A stretch of DNA of 32,000 nt from Candidatus Omnitrophota bacterium (lineage in GTDB: Bacteria; Omnitrophota; Gorgyraeia; Duberdicusellales; 4484-171), in NCBI GenBank assembly GCA_021735045.1, contig JAIPHU010000008.1:1-32000 (forward strand). The letters run 5' to 3'. The translations under genes were made by a program, and so were the position numbers. Every line of letters begins with the position of its first letter. Position 1 is the stretch's first letter. Below are positions 8,917-18,027 of this stretch, piece after piece. The notes beneath the pieces are model-generated. The model was given only the letters and a program-made list of their open reading frames with translations, made no database searches and was not told where the DNA came from.

Positions 8917-9981
8917 TTATAGCCAATCACTTAATTCTATTATAGATTGTTTTATAAGATTATAAACATCTTTATAAAAGGTAAAATCTTTACCTATTGG
9001 ATCTGAAATATCTGCAACTTGTTTAAAAGGAAGAAATTTACCTAAATTAAATACTCTTGCCTGAGCTGAAGGAACTTGCTCTAGAATGTAGTCCTTTTGA
9101 GAATCTTCCATGGTAAAAATATAGTCTGAAGAAACTACCATTTGTGTTGTTAATTGCTTAGCTTGTGATTTAGATATGTCTATACCGTTTTGTTCTTCCA
9201 TTACCTTTTGCGTATGTCCGGTTGGGCTCATGCCTTCTGGCGCAGCAATCCCTGCAGAAATAATTTCATACCTTTGCAAAGAAGCTCTCCGTTCTTCCTG
9301 AAGATATTGGCGTAGGAGATATTCAGCCATTGGAGACCTGCAGCTATTGCCTGTACAAACAAATAATATTCTTCTTTTAATAAAAATAGATGCTAGTTGC
9401 CTCTCTGAAACTGCTCCCTCCCGCAATATCTTAAAGGGTTTATAAGTTAAATCTACTACTGTTGAGGATATCTTATGGTCGGCTTTGCCACCATCAACAA
9501 TTAGATCTATATGGCCATCAAATATTTCTTCTACCTCAGTTGCAGAAATAGCTTCAGCTTGGCCATGACGATTAGCCGAAGGAAAAAAAACCGCAGAACC
9601 AAGCTGCTTTAAAATAGTATTTGTAATAAAGTTAGAAGGTATTCTAATACCAATCTTACCTTCTGGTTTCTTATAATAGACTATCGTAAGGGGCCCTGGC
9701 CAAAAATTTTCTATTAATCTGTAGCCAAAGGGGCTCAAAGTTAAAAAATATTGATTAGTTGCTTTATCTATATCAGCTAAAGCAACGCTAAACGGCTTAT
9801 CTAAAGGCCGCTCTTTTAGGGAATATAATTTTTCCACTGCCATTTTTTTATCAGTTCTTGCAGCTAAACCATAGACAGTTTCAGTGGGCATTGCTATAAT
9901 TTTTCCCTCCGAAAGCATATTAACTGCTTTTTCTATATCTGTTTTATTGAATTTTTTTTCGTTAGCTATAATTTTTTCCAT
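8917..9981 (-). CDS. tsaC: Fusion protein: L-threonylcarbamoyladenylate synthase (TsaC/YwlC, YrdC domain) plus a low-molecular-weight protein phosphatase (YwlE-like)
   Basis: 354 aa. Residues 1-200 carry the YrdC motifs PTETVYGL, KERPLDKP, PGPLT, PSANRHG and SSTVVD. Residues ~204-354 (about nt 8917-9372) carry the LMW-PTP P-loop FVCTGNSCRSPMAE and a distal DPIG Asp loop. Confidence 0.88.
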   Translation of the reverse strand: MEKIIANEKKFNKTDIEKAVNMLSEGKIIAMPTETVYGLAARTDKKMAVEKLYSLKERPLDKPFSVALADIDKATNQYFLTLSPFGYRLIENFWPGPLTIVYYKKPEGKIGIRIPSNFITNTILKQLGSAVFFPSANRHGQAEAISATEVEEIFDGHIDLIVDGGKADHKISSTVVDLTYKPFKILREGAVSERQLASIFIKRRILFVCTGNSCRSPMAEYLLRQYLQEERRASLQRYEIISAGIAAPEGMSPTGHTQKVMEEQNGIDISKSQAKQLTTQMVVSSDYIFTMEDSQKDYILEQVPSAQARVFNLGKFLPFKQVADISDPIGKDFTFYKDVYNLIKQSIIELSDWL

Positions 9982-10015
9982 AGTTAATGAAGCTTATTTT
10001 TAGTATTTTTAAATA

Positions 10016-10471
10016 TCACTTAAACTTATTTTTTATTTTTTTTGCTTTCTCTAAACTTTCTTTATCTGAAACACCCAATATTTCTAATCCAGAAATAATC
10101 GCGTTTATGAACCCATTTTTTCCTAACCCAGAAGAAACTAACCCAATCCCTTTAGGTGCACTTACAATAGAAAAAAGTGAATCTAAGCCATCAAACATAC
10201 CCCCTTTTAAACCCACTCCAATTACCGGAATATTTAAATAAGAAGCCATGAATCCGGGTAATGCTGCCGCTAGTCCTGCACAAGCTATAGCTAATCCAAA
10301 TCCTTCTGCTTCGATCTTTTTACAATAACCCCTTAATTCATCGGGATTTCTGTGAGCAGAAATTATCTTCAATTGATAAGATAGATTAAATTCATCTAAA
10401 AGCTCAAAACCTGCTTTCAATTTTTCTTGATCTGATTTACTTCCTAAAACAACAGCTATCTTTTTTGCCAT
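10016..10471 (-). CDS. purE: N5-carboxyaminoimidazole ribonucleotide mutase (class I PurE signature)
   Basis: 151 aa. Motifs VVLGSKSD and SAHRNP. SD GGAGG lies upstream. Confidence 0.9.
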   Translation of the reverse strand: MAKKIAVVLGSKSDQEKLKAGFELLDEFNLSYQLKIISAHRNPDELRGYCKKIEAEGFGLAIACAGLAAALPGFMASYLNIPVIGVGLKGGMFDGLDSLFSIVSAPKGIGLVSSGLGKNGFINAIISGLEILGVSDKESLEKAKKIKNKFK

Positions 10472-10530
10472 TTCTACCTCCTAATTCTTGCATAAAACTT
10501 TTAACAATGGTTAATATCAAATTACAAAAT

Positions 10531-10620
10531 CCAAATATCAAATCAATGACAAAACCCAAATATCAAAATAATTTGTTATTTGACATTTGAAATTGATTTG
10601 GAATTTGACATTTGACATTT
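10531..10620. repeat. Cluster of CAAAT(A/G)TCAAA motifs in opposed orientation within the 153-nt purD-purE spacer
   Basis: ccaaatatcaaa at 10531 and 10556 (25-bp spacing). The reverse-complement-type tttgacatttg is at 10579 and 10604 (again 25 bp apart), plus an overlapping copy at 10611. The whole forms an imperfect AT-rich palindrome centred near 10575. Confidence 0.6.
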
Positions 10621-10624
10621 TTAA

Positions 10625-11899
10625 TTAAATTTTAAATTTAGCTTTATTACTTATATCTGTTCTATATTGCATGCCTTCAAAACTTATTTTATTAACAGCT
10701 TGATATACTTTATCTTTAGTTTCTTTAAGCTTATCTCCAAGAGCAACCACACTTAAAACCCTGCCTCCGCTAGTTAAAAGTTTATCATCTTTTTCTTTAG
10801 TTCCCGCATGATAAATTAAAATATCTTTTTGTTCTTTGGCCACTTCTATACCTTTTATTTCCTTTCCTTTTTCATATTTTCCCGGATACCCTCCTGAAGC
10901 TAAAACCACACAAACACAAGCCCGTTTATCCCACTCTATCTTGGTTTCCTTTAACTTCCCATCAACAGTTTTTAGCATAATCTCAGCTAGATCACCTTTT
11001 AACTTAGGCAAAACAACTTGAGCTTCAGGATCCCCAAATCTTACATTAAACTCTAAAACACTCGGCCCGCTATTTGTAATCATAAGTCCTGCATAAAGAA
11101 TACCTTTATATTTTTTGTTTTCTTTATTTAATCCCGCAACCAAAGGGCGAAATACAAGATCTATCAGCTGATTAAAACCTTGCTTGTCCAACAAAGGAGT
11201 TGGCGCATAAGCCCCCATCCCCCCTGTGTTGGGGCCTTGGTCATTATCAAAAGCTCGTTTATGATCTTGTGAGCCCACCAGGGGAATAACTGTTTCTCCA
11301 TCACTAAATGCCAAAACCGATAGCTCTTGTCCAAACAAACAATCTTCGATAATTATTTTATCTCCGGCTCCACCAAATTTTTTATCAATCATTATAGTCT
11401 CTATTGCAGCATCAGCCTCTTTTCTATCTTTACAAATAATGACTCCTTTGCCAGCAGCTAAACCATCTGCTTTAATCACAACCGGAAACTCTCTTTTTTC
11501 TAAATGTTTTTTTGCTAAATCAGGCTGGTTAAAAACTTCAAAATCTGCAGTAGGAATATTATATTTCTGCATTAGCTTTTTAGCAAATATTTTAGAAGAT
11601 TCTAATTTAGCCAGCTCCTTATTTGGCCCAAATATTTTTAATCCTTGATCTTTAAACTTATCCACGATTCCTTTAGCTAAAGGAATTTCTGGCCCGACTA
11701 CAGTAAGATCTATTTTTTTATTAAGCGCAAACTCAAGCAAAGATTCAAGGTCATCAGCTTTAATATCAACATTTTTACCTAACTGAGCTGTCCCGCCATT
11801 ACCGGGAGCAGAATAAATTATATCAACTTTAGAACTTTGAGACAGTTTATCAACTAAACAATGTTCTCTAGCTCCTGAACCAACAACTAAAACTTTCAC
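10625..11899 (-). CDS. purD: Phosphoribosylamine-glycine ligase
   Basis: 424 aa. ATP-grasp protein with VLVVGSGAREH and GPNTGGMGAY. GTG start preceded by AGGAG. Confidence 0.96.
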   Translation of the reverse strand: MKVLVVGSGAREHCLVDKLSQSSKVDIIYSAPGNGGTAQLGKNVDIKADDLESLLEFALNKKIDLTVVGPEIPLAKGIVDKFKDQGLKIFGPNKELAKLESSKIFAKKLMQKYNIPTADFEVFNQPDLAKKHLEKREFPVVIKADGLAAGKGVIICKDRKEADAAIETIMIDKKFGGAGDKIIIEDCLFGQELSVLAFSDGETVIPLVGSQDHKRAFDNDQGPNTGGMGAYAPTPLLDKQGFNQLIDLVFRPLVAGLNKENKKYKGILYAGLMITNSGPSVLEFNVRFGDPEAQVVLPKLKGDLAEIMLKTVDGKLKETKIEWDKRACVCVVLASGGYPGKYEKGKEIKGIEVAKEQKDILIYHAGTKEKDDKLLTSGGRVLSVVALGDKLKETKDKVYQAVNKISFEGMQYRTDISNKAKFKI

Positions 11900-11917
11900 C
11901 CTTACTCCTATTTATGA

Positions 11918-12919
11918 TTATTTTAGAATAAACTTTTTTTTATCTTTAATAATTTCTCCAATTATATGACTTTTATAGGTTCTATTTAACCTCTTTAATA
12001 TCTTTTTTACTGAATTTTCTTTAACAACAACTATCATCCCAATCCCCATATTAAAAACTGAGTACATCTGAGCTTGGCTTATTTTTCCTCTTTCTTGAAT
12101 TTTTTTAAATATATTATTTGGCCGCCAGTTTTTTTTATCTACTGCCAAACTTAAACCTTTCGGGATAATCTTAGTTGCTTTGTTATAAAAAGCTCCCCCG
12201 GTAATATGAGCTATTCCAGTTACTGATTTTTGCAACTTCGTAGATGAAAGTAAAGAAAGTATTGCTTTTACATAGACACGGGTTGGCTTAAGCAAACTGC
12301 TTTTATAGTTTTTAAGATCTTTTTGGTTTAATACTTTTCTTATTAAAGAAAATCCATTAGAATGAGGCCCTGACGCAGAAATTCCGATAACCTTATCCCC
12401 TTCTTTAATCTTATTACCGTTAATTATCTTTGCCTTATCAACTACTCCTAGACAAAATCCTGCTAAATCGTATTCATCTTTTTTATACATCCCAGGCATC
12501 TCTGCAGTTTCTCCCCCTAAAAGGCTACAACTGCTTTCTGACAAGGCTTGATGGATACCTTTTACCACTTGCTTTAAAACTGCTGGCTTTAACTTACCAC
12601 AAGCTATATAATCAAGAAAAAAAAGCGGTTTGGCCCCTAAGCAAATAATATCATTAACATTCATAGCTACTAAATCTATACCTACCCCAGAATGAATTCC
12701 AAATTTTTGGGCAAGTTTCAATTTTGTTCCTACTCCGTCTGTAGAAGAAACTAATACTGGTTCTTTATATTTTTTAGCTATATTTTTAAAATCAAAAAGA
12801 GAACCAAAAGCAGAAGTCCTGTTAATCTTTTTAGAAGAAACAAAAGAACTAATCCCTTCTACAAACTGATCTGCTTTTTTAATATCTACACCGGCTTTTT
12901 TATAGTCAATTCTTCCCAT
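11918..12919 (-). CDS. purM: Phosphoribosylformylglycinamidine cyclo-ligase (AIR synthetase)
   Basis: Start re-set to the internal ATG at 12919 (MGRIDYKKAGVDI...). This is the canonical PurM N-terminus, is preceded by GAGGG, and avoids overlap with the purF 3' end. DGVGTK motif present. Confidence 0.93.
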   Translation of the reverse strand: MGRIDYKKAGVDIKKADQFVEGISSFVSSKKINRTSAFGSLFDFKNIAKKYKEPVLVSSTDGVGTKLKLAQKFGIHSGVGIDLVAMNVNDIICLGAKPLFFLDYIACGKLKPAVLKQVVKGIHQALSESSCSLLGGETAEMPGMYKKDEYDLAGFCLGVVDKAKIINGNKIKEGDKVIGISASGPHSNGFSLIRKVLNQKDLKNYKSSLLKPTRVYVKAILSLLSSTKLQKSVTGIAHITGGAFYNKATKIIPKGLSLAVDKKNWRPNNIFKKIQERGKISQAQMYSVFNMGIGMIVVVKENSVKKILKRLNRTYKSHIIGEIIKDKKKFILK

Positions 12920-12932
12920 AAATACCCTCTCT

Positions 12933-14327
12933 TTACCTTTTTCCTGTCCAGCAATAAAGACAAAGCTTATCTTTAGGCAAGCCAATTGCTGAAACCATAT
13001 CATCAATTTTTTGGTATTTTAAACTAGTAGCTCCTAAATCTTTAGCTATCCAGGAAACCATCTTATCATATTTAGGAGATTTATCATCTATATATTGAGA
13101 AACATCCTTTATCTCTTTTTTTTCAATAGCTTTTATTGCCCTGCGAGCCACTAGCTCTTTTTTGGTTCGAGTGGAATAGTTAAAAATACAAGGAAACATT
13201 AAGGGCGGGCAAGCAACCCGAACATGGACTTGCTTGGCTTTGTTTTCCCACAACTTGGTAAGAGTATAATTTTTAAGCTGCGTTCCTCTTACAATTGAAT
13301 CTTCACAAAGAACAATTTTTTTCTTTTTAATTACTTCCTTTATCGGAATAAGTTTCATCTTCGCCACCAAATTTCTGATGCTTTGTGAAGAAGGAAGGTA
13401 ACTGCGTCCATAGCCAGGCGTATATTTAACCAAGGGCCTGCAAAAAGGGATACTTTTACCTAAGGCATAGCCTATCGCGTGGGCAGTTCCTGAATCTGGA
13501 ACCCCTGCTGCTAAATCAGGTTTAATTTTATCAGCTAGAGCCAAGCATCTACCACAATTTTGGCGAACTTTTTCTGTATTTACCCCTTCATAACAAGAAG
13601 CAGGAAATCCTGTATAAATCCAGGAAAAAGCACAAATCTTTAAATTTTTCTTAACACCTTTCTTTTTTTGCTGTAATCCGTTTTTATTTATAAATACTAC
13701 TTCACCCGGTAAAAGTTCTTTTTCAATTTTAAAATCTAAGTTAGGAAAGGCTGCGGTTTCGGTGACAACTGCAAAGCCATTTTTGCTTTTACCTACAACT
13801 AATGAGGAAGTTCCATATTTATCCCGGGAAGCATAAATTCCTTTTTTTGTTAAAATTAATAAAGAAATAGAACCTTCAATCTTTGAATACATATATTCTA
13901 TCCCTTTAACCAAAGAACCTTTTTGCAAAATTAATTTGCTCACTAATTCACAGATGTTTATTCGACTATTAGAAATCTCACTAAAAGAAAAATTTTTTGA
14001 AAATAACTCTCTAGATAAAGGCTTCCAATTATTTACCCATCCGTTTATTACCAGGCAAAAATCCCCAAATCTGGATTTAACATATAAAGGCTGCTCTTCA
14101 TAGCTTATAGCCCCAATTCCTTTATTGCCCTCTAAGGAACTATACTCATCCAATAGTTTAGATTTAAATTGGCTGCTACTTATATTATGTATCTTTCTTG
14201 TCATTTTTCGCCCCGACAAAGCAACTCCACCAAATTGAGTACCTAAATGAGAATGATAATCGCCCAGATAAAAAAGCTGGTTCATGCACCTTTTATTTTT
14301 CGAAATTACTCCAAATATACCACTCAT
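12933..14327 (-). CDS. purF: Amidophosphoribosyltransferase-like protein (PurF), Fe-S type, with a non-canonical N-terminal nucleophile (Ser instead of Cys)
   Basis: 464 aa. The PRTase motifs VPDSGTAHAIGYA and VLCEDSIVRGT are intact. Cys residues sit at the positions of the four B. subtilis-type [4Fe-4S] ligands (KICAFSW, FPCIF, CLYC). The N-terminus is MSGIFGV rather than MCGI(V/F)G. AAGGAG SD lies 8 nt upstream. Confidence 0.85.
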   Translation of the reverse strand: MSGIFGVISKNKRCMNQLFYLGDYHSHLGTQFGGVALSGRKMTRKIHNISSSQFKSKLLDEYSSLEGNKGIGAISYEEQPLYVKSRFGDFCLVINGWVNNWKPLSRELFSKNFSFSEISNSRINICELVSKLILQKGSLVKGIEYMYSKIEGSISLLILTKKGIYASRDKYGTSSLVVGKSKNGFAVVTETAAFPNLDFKIEKELLPGEVVFINKNGLQQKKKGVKKNLKICAFSWIYTGFPASCYEGVNTEKVRQNCGRCLALADKIKPDLAAGVPDSGTAHAIGYALGKSIPFCRPLVKYTPGYGRSYLPSSQSIRNLVAKMKLIPIKEVIKKKKIVLCEDSIVRGTQLKNYTLTKLWENKAKQVHVRVACPPLMFPCIFNYSTRTKKELVARRAIKAIEKKEIKDVSQYIDDKSPKYDKMVSWIAKDLGATSLKYQKIDDMVSAIGLPKDKLCLYCWTGKR

Positions 14328-14347
14328 AAATATACTCCTTTATTAAA

Positions 14348-15121
14348 TCACTTAAAATAATTTATGGAATTTTTAAAAAATCTAAATCCACAAGCGTCTA
14401 TCTTTTCTTGTGACCAAGAGGGATGTTGGTGCCAAAAGATAAATCTTTCTGGATGCGGCATCAGCCCAAAAACTCTTCCTGTTTTGTCTACAATACCTGC
14501 GATATTATCTAAAGAACCATTAGGATTATTAGGATAGCTGACAAGGTTATCTTCTCCATTGCTATACCTTAAAGCTATCTGGCCATTATCTTTTATCTTA
14601 GCTAAGCTATCTTGATTGCAAAATAACTTACCTTCAGCATGAGCTACAGGTAGATAGATTAATTCTGGCAGTTGTTTTAACCATATTTTTCTGGCCAAAC
14701 AACTAGGCTTGGTCTCTATCTTTAATTTAACCCATCGATCCTCAAAACGCCGAGAATCATTTTCGATTAAACTTAAACTTTGAGTGAAATCTAAATCAGG
14801 AAGGATACCAGATCTTACCAAAACCTGAAAGCCGTTGCAAATCCCTAAAATTAATCCCCCTTTTTCAATGAATTTTTTTAACTTATCCTTAAGCCAAAGA
14901 ATAATTTCTAAAGAAAATATTTTACCAGCCCCCAAATCATCACCATAACTAAAACCGCCTGGAATACAGATGATTTGATAAGAAGAAAAATCTTTTTTTT
15001 GTTTGATTAAATTTATATGGTCTAGCTCAGTTTTAGCACCCGCTTTCCTAAAAGCAAAATCTGTTTCCTTATCGCAATTAGTTCCAGCAGTACGAAAAAT
15101 TAAAACGTTAGGTTTTGCCAT
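14348..15121 (-). CDS. purQ: Phosphoribosylformylglycinamidine synthase, glutaminase subunit
   Basis: 257 aa. Triad GATase with GICNGFQVL (Cys nucleophile) and MPHPER. Confidence 0.92.
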   Translation of the reverse strand: MAKPNVLIFRTAGTNCDKETDFAFRKAGAKTELDHINLIKQKKDFSSYQIICIPGGFSYGDDLGAGKIFSLEIILWLKDKLKKFIEKGGLILGICNGFQVLVRSGILPDLDFTQSLSLIENDSRRFEDRWVKLKIETKPSCLARKIWLKQLPELIYLPVAHAEGKLFCNQDSLAKIKDNGQIALRYSNGEDNLVSYPNNPNGSLDNIAGIVDKTGRVFGLMPHPERFIFWHQHPSWSQEKIDACGFRFFKNSINYFK

Positions 15122-15123
15122 AA

Positions 15124-18027
15124 TTATTTAGCTTTTGTCTCCTTAGGTTTCCACCTAAATTCTTTAAACGTCTTCCGCAGGCTTTCCTCTAGAGAAGATA
15201 AACTGATATCCACAACTTTTACTGATTTTTTATTGTAGATTGTTAATTGCTTATCAGAGCAACTGCAACCAATAAGCCCAATTGGTAAACCTTGAAATTG
15301 CTTCTCAAACTCCTGCTTTTTTTCTTTGGCAACTTCAACTAAAAATCTTGAGGGAGATTCAGCAAATAAAAGATGCTGGTCTTGAGTATTTTCTTGAGCC
15401 GGAACCTCTTCTAAAAAAAGTGACGCTCCCAATCCTGAACCTACACACATCTCCGAAGCTGCCACAGCAAGGCCACCTTCGGATAAATCATGGCAAGAAC
15501 TAACTAACTTTTTGCCGATAGCATTAGATAAACTAACAAAAATATCTTTAGCCTTGGGCTCCACTTTAGGCACCAACCCCTGTTTTATGCCTTTCTGTCT
15601 TAGATATTCAGACTGGCCAAGCTCTGGTTTAGTCAAGCCGACTAAATAGATAAGGCTGTCCTGATCTAGAAAACTACTAGTTAAAGCTAGTTGCCAATTG
15701 TCTAATACAGACATAGCGGAAATTAAAAGCGTCCCGGGAATAGTTATTTTATTGTTACCTAAGTTGTATTCATTATACAAGCTGTCTTTACCGGAGATAA
15801 AAGGTACACCAAAATAAACAGAATAGTCATAACAAGCTTTTGCTGCCCGGACTAAACTACCTAACACTTGAGGATCTTCCGGTGACCCCCAGCTAAAATT
15901 ATCTAAGATAAATGTCTTATCTAAAGAAGCGCCAGTCGAAACTACATTCCTTAAAGCTTCATCGATAGCCGAAGCAGCCATCCAGTAAGGATCAATATCA
16001 GAATAAAAAGGATTTATCCCGCAACCAACTACAACAGCTTTTTCGCTACTAAGTTTCGGCCGAACTACAGCGGCATCATTAACTCGAATCGGTGAATTAT
16101 TGATTGTCTTTAATACCGAACCGCCTTGAACTTCGTGATCATATTGATCTAAGATCCAATCTTTAGGCGCAATGTTTGCAGAACTTAAAATAGCAGTTAA
16201 ATCAGAGTTATAGTTATCCTTTTCTTTAAGTTGTTCTTTTTTTTGTTTTTTATCTATCCAAATCGCTTTCTTTGAAACTTGAAGGCTGCTAAAGATAAAA
16301 TCCATATCTAACTCTGCTACTTTATTATTCTGATAAAAAAGAACTAATTCATTAGAATCAGTTACTTCGCCGATAACGGTCATATCTACTTCTTCTTGGG
16401 CAAAAATATCTTCTAACTCCTTGAGCTTATCTTCTTGAGTAAAAAATACCATTCTTTCCTGTGACTCAGATATCCAAATATCGGTATAACTCAACCCCTT
16501 ATATTTAAGAGGCACCTTATCCAGGTCAACTTTTGCTCCATAACCTTTAGCTAATTCAGTAACAGCACTAGAAAGCCCCCCGGCCCCACAATCTGTAATT
16601 GCAGTAAATAAATCTTTGGCTTGAGCCTGCATCAAGGCGTCTGTAACTTTCTTTTCTTCAATAGGATTGCCAATTTGAACTGCACCGCGCAACCCCATAG
16701 CCTCTTGGTCTAATTCTTGTGAAGAAAAAGTGGCCCCATGAATCCCATCTTTACCGGTTCTAGCCCCACAAACTACAATTAAATCTCCTTTTTTAACTTT
16801 TTTAAAAGATTTATCAGCAGAGCCGATTCCTAAAGTTCCACAATAAACCAAAGGATTACCTAAAAACCGGTCGTCAAAAAGCACAGACCCTGCCACGGTG
16901 GGAATACCCATTCTATTGCCATAGTCTCTTACCCCAGAAACCACTCCTTTAATAATCCTGCGAGGATGAAGTAATCCCTTAGGTAATTTTTTATCTTCTA
17001 TTTGCCAATTAGAAAAACAAAAAGCATCTATCGAGGCAAACGGTTTAAAACCGCAACCTGTGCCTAAAACGTCTCTAATTACCCCGCCGATACCGGTTGA
17101 AGCACCACCGTAAGGTTCAAGGCTTGAAGGGTGATTGTGAGTTTCAACCTTAAAACAAATGTTTTGGCCTTGATCAAACTTTACGATACCCGAGTTATCA
17201 TCAAATACAGAGACGCATTCAGAAGAATCTATTTCTTTTGTTGCTTTCATTATCGTAGATTTAAGTAAATTATTTATTCTCTCTTTTTTTATAGTCTTTC
17301 CGTCTTTTTCTTCTTTGTAATCAATAAGCCCAGAAAAAGTTTTATGGCCACAATGCTCTGACCATAAAACAGCTAAAGTTTCTAACTCACAATCGGTAGG
17401 GTTACGTTTCAACTTCTTAAAATATTCTTGAATTTTTTCCATCTCAAGAATATTTAAAGCTAAACAACCGTCCTTAGAGATTTTTTTTAGCCTCTCTTTA
17501 TCAGCTCCGAGTATATCTATAAGCTTAAGCTCAAACCTATAACTGCCAGCCACCAACTGAGATAAACTTTTTAAATCTTTTAGCTTTTTATAGTCTGCAA
17601 CTTGTTCGATGACTGGATTATAGATAACTTTAGGCCCTAAAGACTGGATTTGGGCCTGATTTAGACCTTCAAAATGATAAACGGTAGCGGTATGGACTTG
17701 CGTAACATCTAGCGATAAATCGCCAATGGCTTTTTTTAAAGAAGCAGCAACAGAATCAAAAACTCCAGGATGATAAACCACCATAACTTCTTGTGGGGAA
17801 GGTTCTTGGGTAAAAATACCTTGGCTAACAGAATATTGTTCAGTGATGGGGTCGATTAAAAGCTTTTCTGCAACCTGCTCTATTTTTGCAAGTTTAAGCT
17901 CTGCCTCAATAAGATATACTTTTTTTGTGGTTAAAGAAAAATCTTGAAACCCTAAATCCTTTATTTGGGATTTAAGGTCCTCATTTTCCTCTTTTTTCTT
18001 AGAGAATACATCTATCCTCCAAATCAT
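15124..18027 (-). CDS. purL: Phosphoribosylformylglycinamidine synthase PurS-PurS-PurL fusion (PurSL)
   Basis: 967 aa. The ~740-aa PurL core (ETHNHPSSLEPYGGASTG, two AIRS-like repeats) is preceded by ~225 aa. That extension forms two PurS-like modules, ending ...LLIDPITEQY and ...VIYNPVIEQV. Confidence 0.92.
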   Translation of the reverse strand: MIWRIDVFSKKKEENEDLKSQIKDLGFQDFSLTTKKVYLIEAELKLAKIEQVAEKLLIDPITEQYSVSQGIFTQEPSPQEVMVVYHPGVFDSVAASLKKAIGDLSLDVTQVHTATVYHFEGLNQAQIQSLGPKVIYNPVIEQVADYKKLKDLKSLSQLVAGSYRFELKLIDILGADKERLKKISKDGCLALNILEMEKIQEYFKKLKRNPTDCELETLAVLWSEHCGHKTFSGLIDYKEEKDGKTIKKERINNLLKSTIMKATKEIDSSECVSVFDDNSGIVKFDQGQNICFKVETHNHPSSLEPYGGASTGIGGVIRDVLGTGCGFKPFASIDAFCFSNWQIEDKKLPKGLLHPRRIIKGVVSGVRDYGNRMGIPTVAGSVLFDDRFLGNPLVYCGTLGIGSADKSFKKVKKGDLIVVCGARTGKDGIHGATFSSQELDQEAMGLRGAVQIGNPIEEKKVTDALMQAQAKDLFTAITDCGAGGLSSAVTELAKGYGAKVDLDKVPLKYKGLSYTDIWISESQERMVFFTQEDKLKELEDIFAQEEVDMTVIGEVTDSNELVLFYQNNKVAELDMDFIFSSLQVSKKAIWIDKKQKKEQLKEKDNYNSDLTAILSSANIAPKDWILDQYDHEVQGGSVLKTINNSPIRVNDAAVVRPKLSSEKAVVVGCGINPFYSDIDPYWMAASAIDEALRNVVSTGASLDKTFILDNFSWGSPEDPQVLGSLVRAAKACYDYSVYFGVPFISGKDSLYNEYNLGNNKITIPGTLLISAMSVLDNWQLALTSSFLDQDSLIYLVGLTKPELGQSEYLRQKGIKQGLVPKVEPKAKDIFVSLSNAIGKKLVSSCHDLSEGGLAVAASEMCVGSGLGASLFLEEVPAQENTQDQHLLFAESPSRFLVEVAKEKKQEFEKQFQGLPIGLIGCSCSDKQLTIYNKKSVKVVDISLSSLEESLRKTFKEFRWKPKETKAK

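Noticed and set aside
10580-10640. Three plus-strand TTGACA hexamers in the purD-purE spacer, as antisense promoters into purD
   Set aside because: No acceptable -10 lies at 16-18 nt from any of them, and there is no plus-strand gene to drive. They are better explained as part of the repeated CAAATGTCAAA motif.
12920-13006. The 29-aa N-terminal extension of the purM ORF (MMIWFQQLACLK...)
   Set aside because: It overlaps the 3' end of purF and has no PurM homology. The internal ATG at 12919 gives the canonical MGRIDYKKAGVDI start and has its own GAGGG SD.
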